In this document: positions 8,046 through 15,607 of the stretch, piece after piece
Layout of the letters: every line of letters starts with the position of its first letter
Numbering within the stretch: the first letter of the stretch is position 1
DNA from: a bacterium
Lineage (GTDB): Bacteria > Patescibacteriota > Dojkabacteria > JAKAPS01 > JAJZLI01
Reading direction: 5' to 3'
Length of the DNA stretch: 55,633 nt
NCBI GenBank assembly: GCA_027371855.1
Contig: DAHXLB010000026.1
Coordinates: 1 to 55,633, forward strand
Notes under the pieces: model-generated
Told to the model about the DNA's origin: nothing
The model's input: only the letters and a program-made list of their open reading frames with translations
The model's database searches: none
Position numbers and translations under genes: made by a program

Positions 8046-9084
8046 TAAAACTACTAAAATTCCAGAGTCTGAGGAGTCTAGACTCAAGAAGTCTGAACTT
8101 AAAGAATCTAGGTTCAAAGGTATAAAAATAACAGACATTAAAAGAGGTGAGAAATCTCATATTACATTTACTGTAAGAATTGCAAAAGAATTAGTAAAAG
8201 AAACTATAGATAAAGTAACGAATGGCTATATAAAAAATACTGAAATAAAAGGTTTTAGAAAAGGTAATGCTCCACAAAAACTAGTTTTCCAAAAATATCA
8301 TGATGCTATCGTTAAAGATTCATATGATGAAATTAATCATCTTATAAATGACTATATAGTTGATCAGATTAAAGACCTAATGAGTATATCTTTAAATAAA
8401 GAATTTATTGAAGAAATGACAAAAGATCTGGATATAGAATTAAACTTTTCAGGTTATACCAAACCTAAGATTAATAAAGTCAATTTAAAGAATATAAAAA
8501 TACCTAGAAAGACAGCAGAGGAGGAGTATGATAGAACTTCAGAAAAATATAAGAACCCAAAAACAGACGAAGAAAAGGCTGCATATGAGAATTTCATAAG
8601 TAATAAAGACATATCTATAGAAAATATTCTAGATAATATGATTATAGAGGCAATAATAGATGCAGTGATTCTTGAAAAAGAAGATATACCTGAATATATA
8701 ATTACAAATTATGTTACATCTTCAATTGAGAAGACAAAACAATTTACTGATAGTATGGGAATAGATATAAATGAATATTTCAAAAATATAGGAACGACCC
8801 ATGAAAAAGTCGTAAATGGTCTTGAAGAAGATATAATAAAACAGTTAAAATTAGATCTATTCATACAAGACTTTGCTTCAACAAACTCTATAACAGTAAC
8901 TAAAGAAGATATTGAAGAGAGATTATCTAGCCTTACTCCTGAACAAGTTAAACAAATAAAAGATGAGAAAGCAGATTTAGAAGAAATATTTAACACAATA
9001 TTGTATAATAAGGTAATGACTGCCTCTGTTAATATTATTAAAGGACCTAGGTCCAAAGGATCCAGATCCAAAGGAAACCAGTAA
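8023..9084 (+). CDS. tig: Trigger factor-like chaperone, apparently lacking the PPIase domain
   Basis: [12 protein letters not shown] ribosome-binding signature in the N-domain, position immediately upstream of clpP, and a C-terminal helical arm region. At 353 aa it includes terminal extensions encoded by palindromic modules. Confidence 0.7.
   Translation: MKSPMKDNKTTKIPESEESRLKKSELKESRFKGIKITDIKRGEKSHITFTVRIAKELVKETIDKVTNGYIKNTEIKGFRKGNAPQKLVFQKYHDAIVKDSYDEINHLINDYIVDQIKDLMSISLNKEFIEEMTKDLDIELNFSGYTKPKINKVNLKNIKIPRKTAEEEYDRTSEKYKNPKTDEEKAAYENFISNKDISIENILDNMIIEAIIDAVILEKEDIPEYIITNYVTSSIEKTKQFTDSMGIDINEYFKNIGTTHEKVVNGLEEDIIKQLKLDLFIQDFASTNSITVTKEDIEERLSSLTPEQVKQIKDEKADLEEIFNTILYNKVMTASVNIIKGPRSKGSRSKGNQ
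8071..8120. repeat. Three degenerate 15-bp modules (GAGTCTAGACTC ... GAATCTAGGTTCAAAGG)
   Basis: gagGAGTCTAGACTCaagaagtctgaacttaaaGAATCTAGGTTCAAAGG encodes [17 protein letters not shown] in the tig N-terminal extension. Confidence 0.65.
9040..9074. repeat. Two tandem 15-bp palindromic modules (GGACCTAGGTCC / GGATCCAGATCC + AAAGG)
   Basis: aaaGGACCTAGGTCCaaaGGATCCAGATCCaaagg encodes [12 protein letters not shown], just before the last two codons of tig. Confidence 0.8.
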
Positions 9085-9662
9085 TGAGTATTTTAATACC
9101 GACAGTAATAGAAAAGAGCTCTCAAGGAGAGAGAGCTTATGATATATACTCAAGACTATTAAGAGAAAGGATAGTTTTTTTAGGTGGCATAATAGATGAT
9201 GAGACTGCAAATTTAGTAATAGCACAGCTTTTATTCCTACAGAAAGAAGATACTGAAAAAGATATTTCAATGTATATAAATTCTCCTGGTGGGTCAATAG
9301 ATGCTGGTATGGCAATATACGACACAATGAACCATATTCATCCTGATGTATCTACTATTGCTATAGGGATAGCAGCATCTATGGGAGCATTTCTATTATC
9401 ATCTGGAAAAAAAGGTAAGCGATTTTCATTACCAAACTCTTCAATACTCATACATCAACCATTAGGTGGTGCAGAAGGACAAGCTTCAGACATTGAAATT
9501 TCAGCAAGAAGAATATTAACCGCAAAGGATACTATTAATACTATATTAGCAAAAAATACAGGTGTAAAAAAATCTAAAATTGAAAAAGATGCCGATAGAG
9601 ATTTCTGGATGAGCCCCAAGGAGGCTTTAGAATACGGATTAATTGATAAAATAATAAGATAA
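9084..9662 (+). CDS. clpP: ATP-dependent Clp protease proteolytic subunit
   Basis: 192 aa with [19 protein letters not shown], the catalytic [11 protein letters not shown] Ser and IHQPLGG His motifs. Confidence 0.95.
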   Translation: MSILIPTVIEKSSQGERAYDIYSRLLRERIVFLGGIIDDETANLVIAQLLFLQKEDTEKDISMYINSPGGSIDAGMAIYDTMNHIHPDVSTIAIGIAASMGAFLLSSGKKGKRFSLPNSSILIHQPLGGAEGQASDIEISARRILTAKDTINTILAKNTGVKKSKIEKDADRDFWMSPKEALEYGLIDKIIR

Positions 9663-9674
9663 CAATTATCTTAG

Positions 9675-9751
9675 GGGTTCGTAGCTCAGTTGGTTAGAGC
9701 GCAACATCGACATTGTTGAGGTCACAGGTTCAAGTCCTGCCGGACCCACCA
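9675..9751 (+). tRNA. tRNA-Val (anticodon GAC) with unusual C at position 33
   Basis: Acceptor GGGTTCG/CGGACCC, D-arm GCTCAGTTGGTTAGAGC, anticodon stem CAACA/TGTTG, loop TCGACAT, T-loop TTCAAGT, A73 and encoded CCA. There is an A49:C65 mismatch. Confidence 0.75.
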
Positions 9752-9802
9752 TAATATAGTAAAGGTACAAGTACTTAAGGTACTAATACCAAAGGAGAAA
9801 AT

Positions 9803-10408
9803 ATGCTTCTACATTTAATAATGAATCTTATAAATAATTATGGTTATATCATAATAGCCTTGTTTATAATGATTGAGACACTAGGAGTTCCTCTTCCTGG
9901 AGAAACATCCCTTATAGCTGGTGCAGTATACGCAGCATTAGCTCCTACAAGATTTCATATTACACTAGTAATATTATTTGCAATTTTAGGAGCATCTATA
10001 GGAGATAACTTGGGATACTTAATAGGTAGAAAATACGGGAAAAGAGCATCAGAGTATATTCATAAAACCTTCTCTCTAAAAAGAGATTACTTGGAGTATA
10101 CAGGAGGATTCTTCAAAAAATATGGAATGAAAACAGTTTTTTTTGGTAGATTTGTATCCTTACTAAGAATGTTTGTACCAATAACAGCAGGAATACATAA
10201 ATTGGATTATAAACAATTCTTTATATATAATATTACAGGTGCAATAGTTTGGGCGACTTTGTATGGAATATTAGGATATACTCTAGGAGAAAATATTCCT
10301 TTATTATTAAAAATATTGCAATCATTAACATTTATAACTGTGGCTATTGTAGTGGTGATAGTTATATATATAATTTATAGAAGAAGGACCCAGGTCCGTA
10401 GAATATAG
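9803..10408 (+). CDS. DedA family membrane protein (second paralogue)
   Basis: 201 aa with GVPLPGETSLIAGA and FGRFVSLLRMFVPITAGI DedA motifs. AGGAG lies upstream of the ATG. Confidence 0.8.
   Translation: MLLHLIMNLINNYGYIIIALFIMIETLGVPLPGETSLIAGAVYAALAPTRFHITLVILFAILGASIGDNLGYLIGRKYGKRASEYIHKTFSLKRDYLEYTGGFFKKYGMKTVFFGRFVSLLRMFVPITAGIHKLDYKQFFIYNITGAIVWATLYGILGYTLGENIPLLLKILQSLTFITVAIVVVIVIYIIYRRRTQVRRI
10386..10397. repeat. Near-palindromic module GGACCCAGGTCC
   Basis: It lies in the last codons of dedA2 and is read in a different frame (RTQVR) from the GS-type copies. Confidence 0.5.
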
Positions 10409-10424
10409 ATCTAAAAGAATTATT

Positions 10425-12245
10425 ATGAAAGGAAACAGTCAGAGTCAAATAAATGATGTTAATATGAGACACTCTGGAGCTCATCTTCTAGCATATGCAG
10501 TACAATCTATATATCCAAATGTAAAACTAGCAATAGGACCAGCAATTAATGACGGTTTTTACTATGATTTTGATTTTGGAGATATCAAGATACAAGAGGA
10601 TGATCTTTTAAAAATAGAGGAAAAAATGGTTGATATACAAGAAAAAGATTATTCTTTTGAAAAAATAGAAATGACTATAGATAACGCCAAAAAATTTCTA
10701 CATGATACAAAACAACCCTATTCACTATCATTACTTGAAGATATAGAAAGTATGGGTAGTACAAAAAAAAGTGAGATGTCAAAAAATAAAAGTAAAAATG
10801 GAAATGATATTGTAACTTTTTATAAAATAGGGGACTTTATAAATTTATGTCGTGGTGGGCATTTAAAATCACTAAAAGATATAGGACCATTTAAGTTGAC
10901 ATCTATAGCTGGGGCATATTTTAGAGGAGATGAAAAAAATCCTATGTTAACAAGAATATATGCAGCATGTTTTAAAGATAATAATACTCTTTCAAATTAT
11001 TTAAAAGAAAGAGAGGAAAGTAAGAGTAGAGATCATAGGGTTATAGGAGAAAAATTAAAAATTTTCATGATATCTGAAGATGTGGGACAAGGATTACCAT
11101 TACTAATGCCAAATGGTGAACAGTTGAAACATCTTTTAGAAGAATATATGAGAAAAATAGAGGAAAGATTGGGATATAAATATGTATCTACACCAATACT
11201 CACGCATAAAAAGTTATATGAAAGATCAGGTCATGCAAAATTTTATAGTGAGGATATGTATCAGATAAAAGATAAAGAAAATAATATTTTTTACATCAAG
11301 CCAATGAATTGTCCTCACCATCATATGATATTTGAAAAAATGGTACAAAGTTATAGACAATTACCATTTAAACTTGCAGAAGAAAGCCCTTTATACAGAA
11401 ATGAAAGATCTGGTACCCTAACTGGTCTGATAAGAGTAAGAGGACCTATTACACAGAATGATTCTCATATTTATGTATCAAAAGACCAATTAAAAAAAGA
11501 GTTTTTAGACGTACTTTTGATATTTAAAAATGTATATGAGGATTTAGGAATCAAAAATTACTACTTTAGATTATCACTCCCTGATTTTAAAAAAGACAAG
11601 TATGAAGGTGATAAGAGTATGTGGGATTTTGCATCATCTAACATTAGAGATGCTCTAAAAGAATCCAAAAATGAATTTAGTGAAGAAATTGGAGAAGCAG
11701 CTTTTTATGGACCAAAATTAGATGTGCAAATTAAGAATGTTTATGGTAAAGAGGATTCAATAGCAACAATACAAATAGATATTTTAGTACCAGGAAGAAT
11801 GGGACTTAAATATATTAACAAACATGGTAAAGAGGAAACTCCTATAGTGATCCATAGATCTATACTAGGATCTTATGAGAGATTTATAGCATTCATGATT
11901 GAACAAACAGGTGGTAATTTCCCATTAAGATTTGCCCCTATACAAGTTAGATTAATATCTGTATCTGAGAAATATAATGAGACAGTACTAGAATTGACTC
12001 AGGACATGAGAGATTTAGGAATAAGAGTAGATTCAGACGTTACAGAGGAGGGGATAGGTAAGAAAATAAGAAATGCATCTTTAGAAAAAATACCTGCTAA
12101 AGTTGTAATTGGTGAAAGGGAAGTTGCAAATAAAAAAAGTAATGGTGAATGGTCATTTACAATAAATTGGAGAGATGATCTAAAATATCAATCAGATCTA
12201 TCCTTTAGTGAATTACTAAAACTTTTAAAAGAAAACACTCTTTGA
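10425..12245 (+). CDS. thrS: Threonyl-tRNA synthetase (no N-terminal TGS domain)
   Basis: 606 aa with an HSGAHLLAYAV editing/SAD motif, class II core motifs (MNCPHHHMIF, RVRGPITQNDSHIY) and a C-terminal anticodon-binding domain. Confidence 0.92.
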   Translation: MKGNSQSQINDVNMRHSGAHLLAYAVQSIYPNVKLAIGPAINDGFYYDFDFGDIKIQEDDLLKIEEKMVDIQEKDYSFEKIEMTIDNAKKFLHDTKQPYSLSLLEDIESMGSTKKSEMSKNKSKNGNDIVTFYKIGDFINLCRGGHLKSLKDIGPFKLTSIAGAYFRGDEKNPMLTRIYAACFKDNNTLSNYLKEREESKSRDHRVIGEKLKIFMISEDVGQGLPLLMPNGEQLKHLLEEYMRKIEERLGYKYVSTPILTHKKLYERSGHAKFYSEDMYQIKDKENNIFYIKPMNCPHHHMIFEKMVQSYRQLPFKLAEESPLYRNERSGTLTGLIRVRGPITQNDSHIYVSKDQLKKEFLDVLLIFKNVYEDLGIKNYYFRLSLPDFKKDKYEGDKSMWDFASSNIRDALKESKNEFSEEIGEAAFYGPKLDVQIKNVYGKEDSIATIQIDILVPGRMGLKYINKHGKEETPIVIHRSILGSYERFIAFMIEQTGGNFPLRFAPIQVRLISVSEKYNETVLELTQDMRDLGIRVDSDVTEEGIGKKIRNASLEKIPAKVVIGEREVANKKSNGEWSFTINWRDDLKYQSDLSFSELLKLLKENTL

Positions 12246-12356
12246 TAAAATTTTAAGTAGTTACAATGCCAGTTGGTACAGTATCATTTAATTAGTGGAA
12301 TGGTCAATATATCATGAAGTGAACTACTATTGTAAAGAATAATTACTCTATATATA

Positions 12357-12815
12357 ATGAGTTATATGAGTCAGAACGTCTCTTTCTACAATAAGTTAGA
12401 ACTCTTTATAATAGATACATCTAAAAAGTTTGAAAGTCAGAATTTAAGCAATGAAATACTGAATCTAAGGCATATGCTAGTAGACCCTAAGCAAAGTATG
12501 CTTGTAAAGAAAAAATCTAAAAATGGTCTTCATTCTGATAAGATCCTATTTTTCAATAAGCCGTATAAAGGATATATTCATCTAATACCAAAATTTATTA
12601 TTGAGATTAAGAATGATAGTGGAATCTATACTTTTGAACTAGAAAAAAAGCAGAAGAGAGGATATAAAGTCATAATAGAGAAAAAGATAAAAGTTAATAT
12701 TTTAAAAGGTGCTATGCAATATGCAAGTTTCATAAAAAACATTGAAAAAGAAGTAGTTCTTGAAAAAGAGTACAATACCTTTGTTGATGACTTTTCAAAT
12801 AAAATATATGGATGA
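12357..12815 (+). CDS. Hypothetical protein
   Basis: 152 aa, Lys-rich, with no signal peptide or recognisable motif. Its stop overlaps the next ORF start (ATGGATGA). Confidence 0.5.
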   Translation: MSYMSQNVSFYNKLELFIIDTSKKFESQNLSNEILNLRHMLVDPKQSMLVKKKSKNGLHSDKILFFNKPYKGYIHLIPKFIIEIKNDSGIYTFELEKKQKRGYKVIIEKKIKVNILKGAMQYASFIKNIEKEVVLEKEYNTFVDDFSNKIYG

Positions 12816-13398
12816 TTTTGTAATTTCAAGATATTTAAAACTGCTCACTAAAACTAAGGTATCTAATCCTTTTGAAGGTTATGATAAAGACCTTTTTGAG
12901 TATATAGTCTCAAATATAAAAAAAGAGATCACCAATCAACTAAAGTTTATAGAAAGCATAGAAGGTAAGGATATGTACGCTATAAAATTAATAACTTCTT
13001 TCTATTCCTTAGTAAATATATACAATAAAAATTATATATATCTTGAAAATGAATATGCTATTGAGAAGAAATTACAAATAGATGGAGAAAGATACGTTGC
13101 ATTCAGAATACGTACTCCAGATCTAAACTCTAGCCCAATATATATTATTGTCAGTATAGATGAAAATAGAGAAACCATAACATATTCTATAGAAAGTAAA
13201 AAGGAAGACTTTACTAAAATAATTGTATACCATGAAAATAATAAACTTAATATAGAGATTTTTACACAGACAGAGGCTTTTGAAGACATCTTTGGTAAAA
13301 AATATAAAATATCAAATATTCAAAAAGAAAAGTTTGAACATTTTATTGAATCGAATTTAAAATTTCTAGAAGAAAATAATAAAAAAATAAACTATTAG
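12808..13398 (+). CDS. Hypothetical protein
   Basis: 196 aa counted from the ATG overlapping the upstream stop. The ORF-track start at 12760 would overlap by 56 nt. No recognisable motif. Confidence 0.5.
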   Translation: MDDFVISRYLKLLTKTKVSNPFEGYDKDLFEYIVSNIKKEITNQLKFIESIEGKDMYAIKLITSFYSLVNIYNKNYIYLENEYAIEKKLQIDGERYVAFRIRTPDLNSSPIYIIVSIDENRETITYSIESKKEDFTKIIVYHENNKLNIEIFTQTEAFEDIFGKKYKISNIQKEKFEHFIESNLKFLEENNKKINY

Positions 13399-13408
13399 AT
13401 AATTTTAC

Positions 13409-13437
13409 TTTACAAACAAAAAAATCTTTGATATTAT
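13409..13437 (+). promoter_or_regulatory. Candidate sigma70-type promoter of the infC-rpmI-rplT operon
   Basis: TTTACA (13409-13414), a 17-nt spacer, then TATTAT (13432-13437). An AAGGAGG Shine-Dalgarno sequence follows at 13459-13465. Confidence 0.5.
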
Positions 13438-13470
13438 CACAATATTGTTAGTTCAAATAAGGAGGATTCT

Positions 13471-13983
13471 ATTAACCTGAAAAGGAGATTTATAAGTTAT
13501 AATAATTACATAAAAGCCAATGAATTGAGGGTAGTTGATGAAGATGGTGAATTTCTTGGTATATTGAATAAGCAAGATGCTATAATAAAAGCTCAGGAGA
13601 AAGGATTAGATTTAATAGAGATTGCACCAAATGCTAATCCACCGGTTTGCAAAATAATGTCATATTCAAAGTATAAATATGAGCAAAGCAAAAAAGATAG
13701 AGAGGCAAACAAAAAAAATAGGCACAAAGAGATAAAAGAGATTAGATTTAAACCTTTTATTGGAATAGGAGATTATAATAATAAAATAAACAAGATAAAA
13801 GAATTCCTGGGGGATCATCATAGAGTAAAGATAGTTATACGTCAAACTGGAAGAGGAAATGTAGAGAATTCTAGAATATTGATGACTAGAATTATAGAAA
13901 GTCTAAAGGATGATGCTAAAATAGAGAATACTCCTAAACAAGAAGGAAGAAATACTATAGCTCAAGTTCAACCAATAACATAA
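13471..13983 (+). CDS. infC: Translation initiation factor IF-3, probable ATT start
   Basis: VVDEDGEFLGI, PPVCKIMSYSKYKYE and KEIRFKP are IF-3 motifs. The frame is open back to 13432. ATT at 13471 lies 5 nt after AAGGAGG. The ORF-track start (TTG 13525) would remove the conserved N-terminal part. Confidence 0.8.
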   Translation: MNLKRRFISYNNYIKANELRVVDEDGEFLGILNKQDAIIKAQEKGLDLIEIAPNANPPVCKIMSYSKYKYEQSKKDREANKKNRHKEIKEIRFKPFIGIGDYNNKINKIKEFLGDHHRVKIVIRQTGRGNVENSRILMTRIIESLKDDAKIENTPKQEGRNTIAQVQPIT

Positions 13984-13995
13984 TAAAGTAGATTA

Positions 13996-14184
13996 ATGAA
14001 AATAAAAACAAAAAAAATTATTACAAAACGATTTAAAAGAACAAAGAATGGTAAGCTTTTACATAAGATAAAAGGTGTTAATCATCTTATGTCTAAAAGA
14101 GCCTCTAACCGTAAGAATAGAGATAAGAAAGACCAGTTATTATCAAAAACTGCAACTTCAAAAATATTAAAATTTGTAAAATAA
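13996..14184 (+). CDS. rpmI: 50S ribosomal protein L35
   Basis: 62 aa, basic, MKIKTKKIITKRFKRTKNGKLLH, positioned between infC and rplT. Confidence 0.9.
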   Translation: MKIKTKKIITKRFKRTKNGKLLHKIKGVNHLMSKRASNRKNRDKKDQLLSKTATSKILKFVK

Positions 14185-14193
14185 TATAAAACA

Positions 14194-14544
14194 ATGAGAA
14201 TAAAAAAGGGCATGACAAAACATGCAAAACATAATAAAATCCACAAACAAACAAAAGGATATAGACTGACAAAACATGCTTTGATTAAAACAGCGAAGGA
14301 GGCTATTTTACATGCAGGACAATATTCATACAATGGAAGAAAACAAAAAAAGAATGATATGAAAAAACTCTGGATTATAAGAATAAACGCAGCATTGAAA
14401 GATTTTGATATAAACTATTCAACTTTTTCTAAATTACAAAAAGATAATAATATTGAAATTAATAGAAAAGTTTTAGCTCATTTCGCTACACAAGATTCTG
14501 AGATATTCAAAAGTATTGTAAATACAGTACAGAATAAAAAATAA
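14194..14544 (+). CDS. rplT: 50S ribosomal protein L20
   Basis: 116 aa with RIKKGMTKHAKHNKI...KGYR...Y.YNGRKQKK, and conserved operon position. Confidence 0.92.
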   Translation: MRIKKGMTKHAKHNKIHKQTKGYRLTKHALIKTAKEAILHAGQYSYNGRKQKKNDMKKLWIIRINAALKDFDINYSTFSKLQKDNNIEINRKVLAHFATQDSEIFKSIVNTVQNKK

Positions 14545-14548
14545 CCAA

Positions 14549-15607
14549 ATGGAGAATATAAAAAGGGATGTTGAAAAAATATGGAAAACATCTATAGATA
14601 GTATAGAAACTTTAGGTAGTTTAGAGGATGTTAAAAAGTTTTACTCTACTAATTTAGGTAAAAATAGTAATTTATCCACAATATTAAAAAGCATTTCTAA
14701 ATTGACTGTTACTGAAAGGAAAGAAGTTGGTCAATTTGCAAATCAGGTAAAAACAGATATCTCTAATAGTTTAAAGCAAAAAGAAGACAAGTTAAAACAA
14801 GCTTTATATGATAAAGAGGATAGTGAAATAATAGACACTACAATCCCAGGTTCCCAATTAAATATAGGAAAAGATTTAAATATAGGATCTATACATCCAA
14901 TAAGTGCAATGATTAAACTTATTGAAGATACTTTTGCAGTTTATGGTTTTGAAATTGCAGAAGGGCCTGAAATTGAAACTGATTGGTTTTGTTTTCAAGC
15001 ATTAAATATCCCAATAGGACACCCTGCTAGGGATATGCAGGATACATTTTATATCAAAGAAGATGAGTTATTACCAAGAACTCATACTTCTTCTGTCCAG
15101 ATAAGAACGATGCAAGAGCATACCCCTCCAATAAGGATAATAGCTCCAGGAAAAGTTTACAGAAATGAGAATAGCGACCCAAGACATTCTTTTATGTTTT
15201 ACCAATTTGAAGGATTAGTTATTGATGAGAGTAGTAACCTAAAAGACCTAGCAAGTGTATTACAGGGAGCCTTAAAAAAAATATTTAATGATGATAGTAT
15301 AAAATTAAGAATAAGGAATTCATATTTCCCTTTCACAGAACCAAGTATAGAGATAGATTGTTCTTGTATATTTTGTAGTATGAAAGGATGTAATGTATGT
15401 TCATATAAAGGATGGTTGGAACTTTTAGGAGCTGGAATGGTACACCCCCAAGTACTTAGAAATGTTAATATAGACCCAAACAAGTATCAAGGGTTTGCAT
15501 TTGGAACAGGAATAGAAAGATTAGTTATGATAAAAGATAGAATTAATGATACAAGGCTATTTTATGAAAATGATATAAGATTTTTATCTCAATTTAAAAA
15601 TATATAA
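14549..15607 (+). CDS. pheS: Phenylalanyl-tRNA synthetase alpha subunit
   Basis: 352 aa with HPARDMQDTFY, LPRTHTSSVQIR, FPFTEPS and GFAFGTGIERL class II motifs. Confidence 0.95.
   Translation: MENIKRDVEKIWKTSIDSIETLGSLEDVKKFYSTNLGKNSNLSTILKSISKLTVTERKEVGQFANQVKTDISNSLKQKEDKLKQALYDKEDSEIIDTTIPGSQLNIGKDLNIGSIHPISAMIKLIEDTFAVYGFEIAEGPEIETDWFCFQALNIPIGHPARDMQDTFYIKEDELLPRTHTSSVQIRTMQEHTPPIRIIAPGKVYRNENSDPRHSFMFYQFEGLVIDESSNLKDLASVLQGALKKIFNDDSIKLRIRNSYFPFTEPSIEIDCSCIFCSMKGCNVCSYKGWLELLGAGMVHPQVLRNVNIDPNKYQGFAFGTGIERLVMIKDRINDTRLFYENDIRFLSQFKNI

Noticed and set aside
8709-9327. Minus-strand ORFs 8709..9071, 8977..9327 and 9137..9325
   Set aside because: They are antisense to tig and clpP, which have unambiguous family motifs. 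They are shadow ORFs.
9766-9795. AAGGTACAAGTA motif shared with the pilB/holB intergenic region (38669-38681)
   Set aside because: It is a single ~12-nt match with one indel between two AT-rich spacers. Matches of this length are expected by chance in 55 kb.
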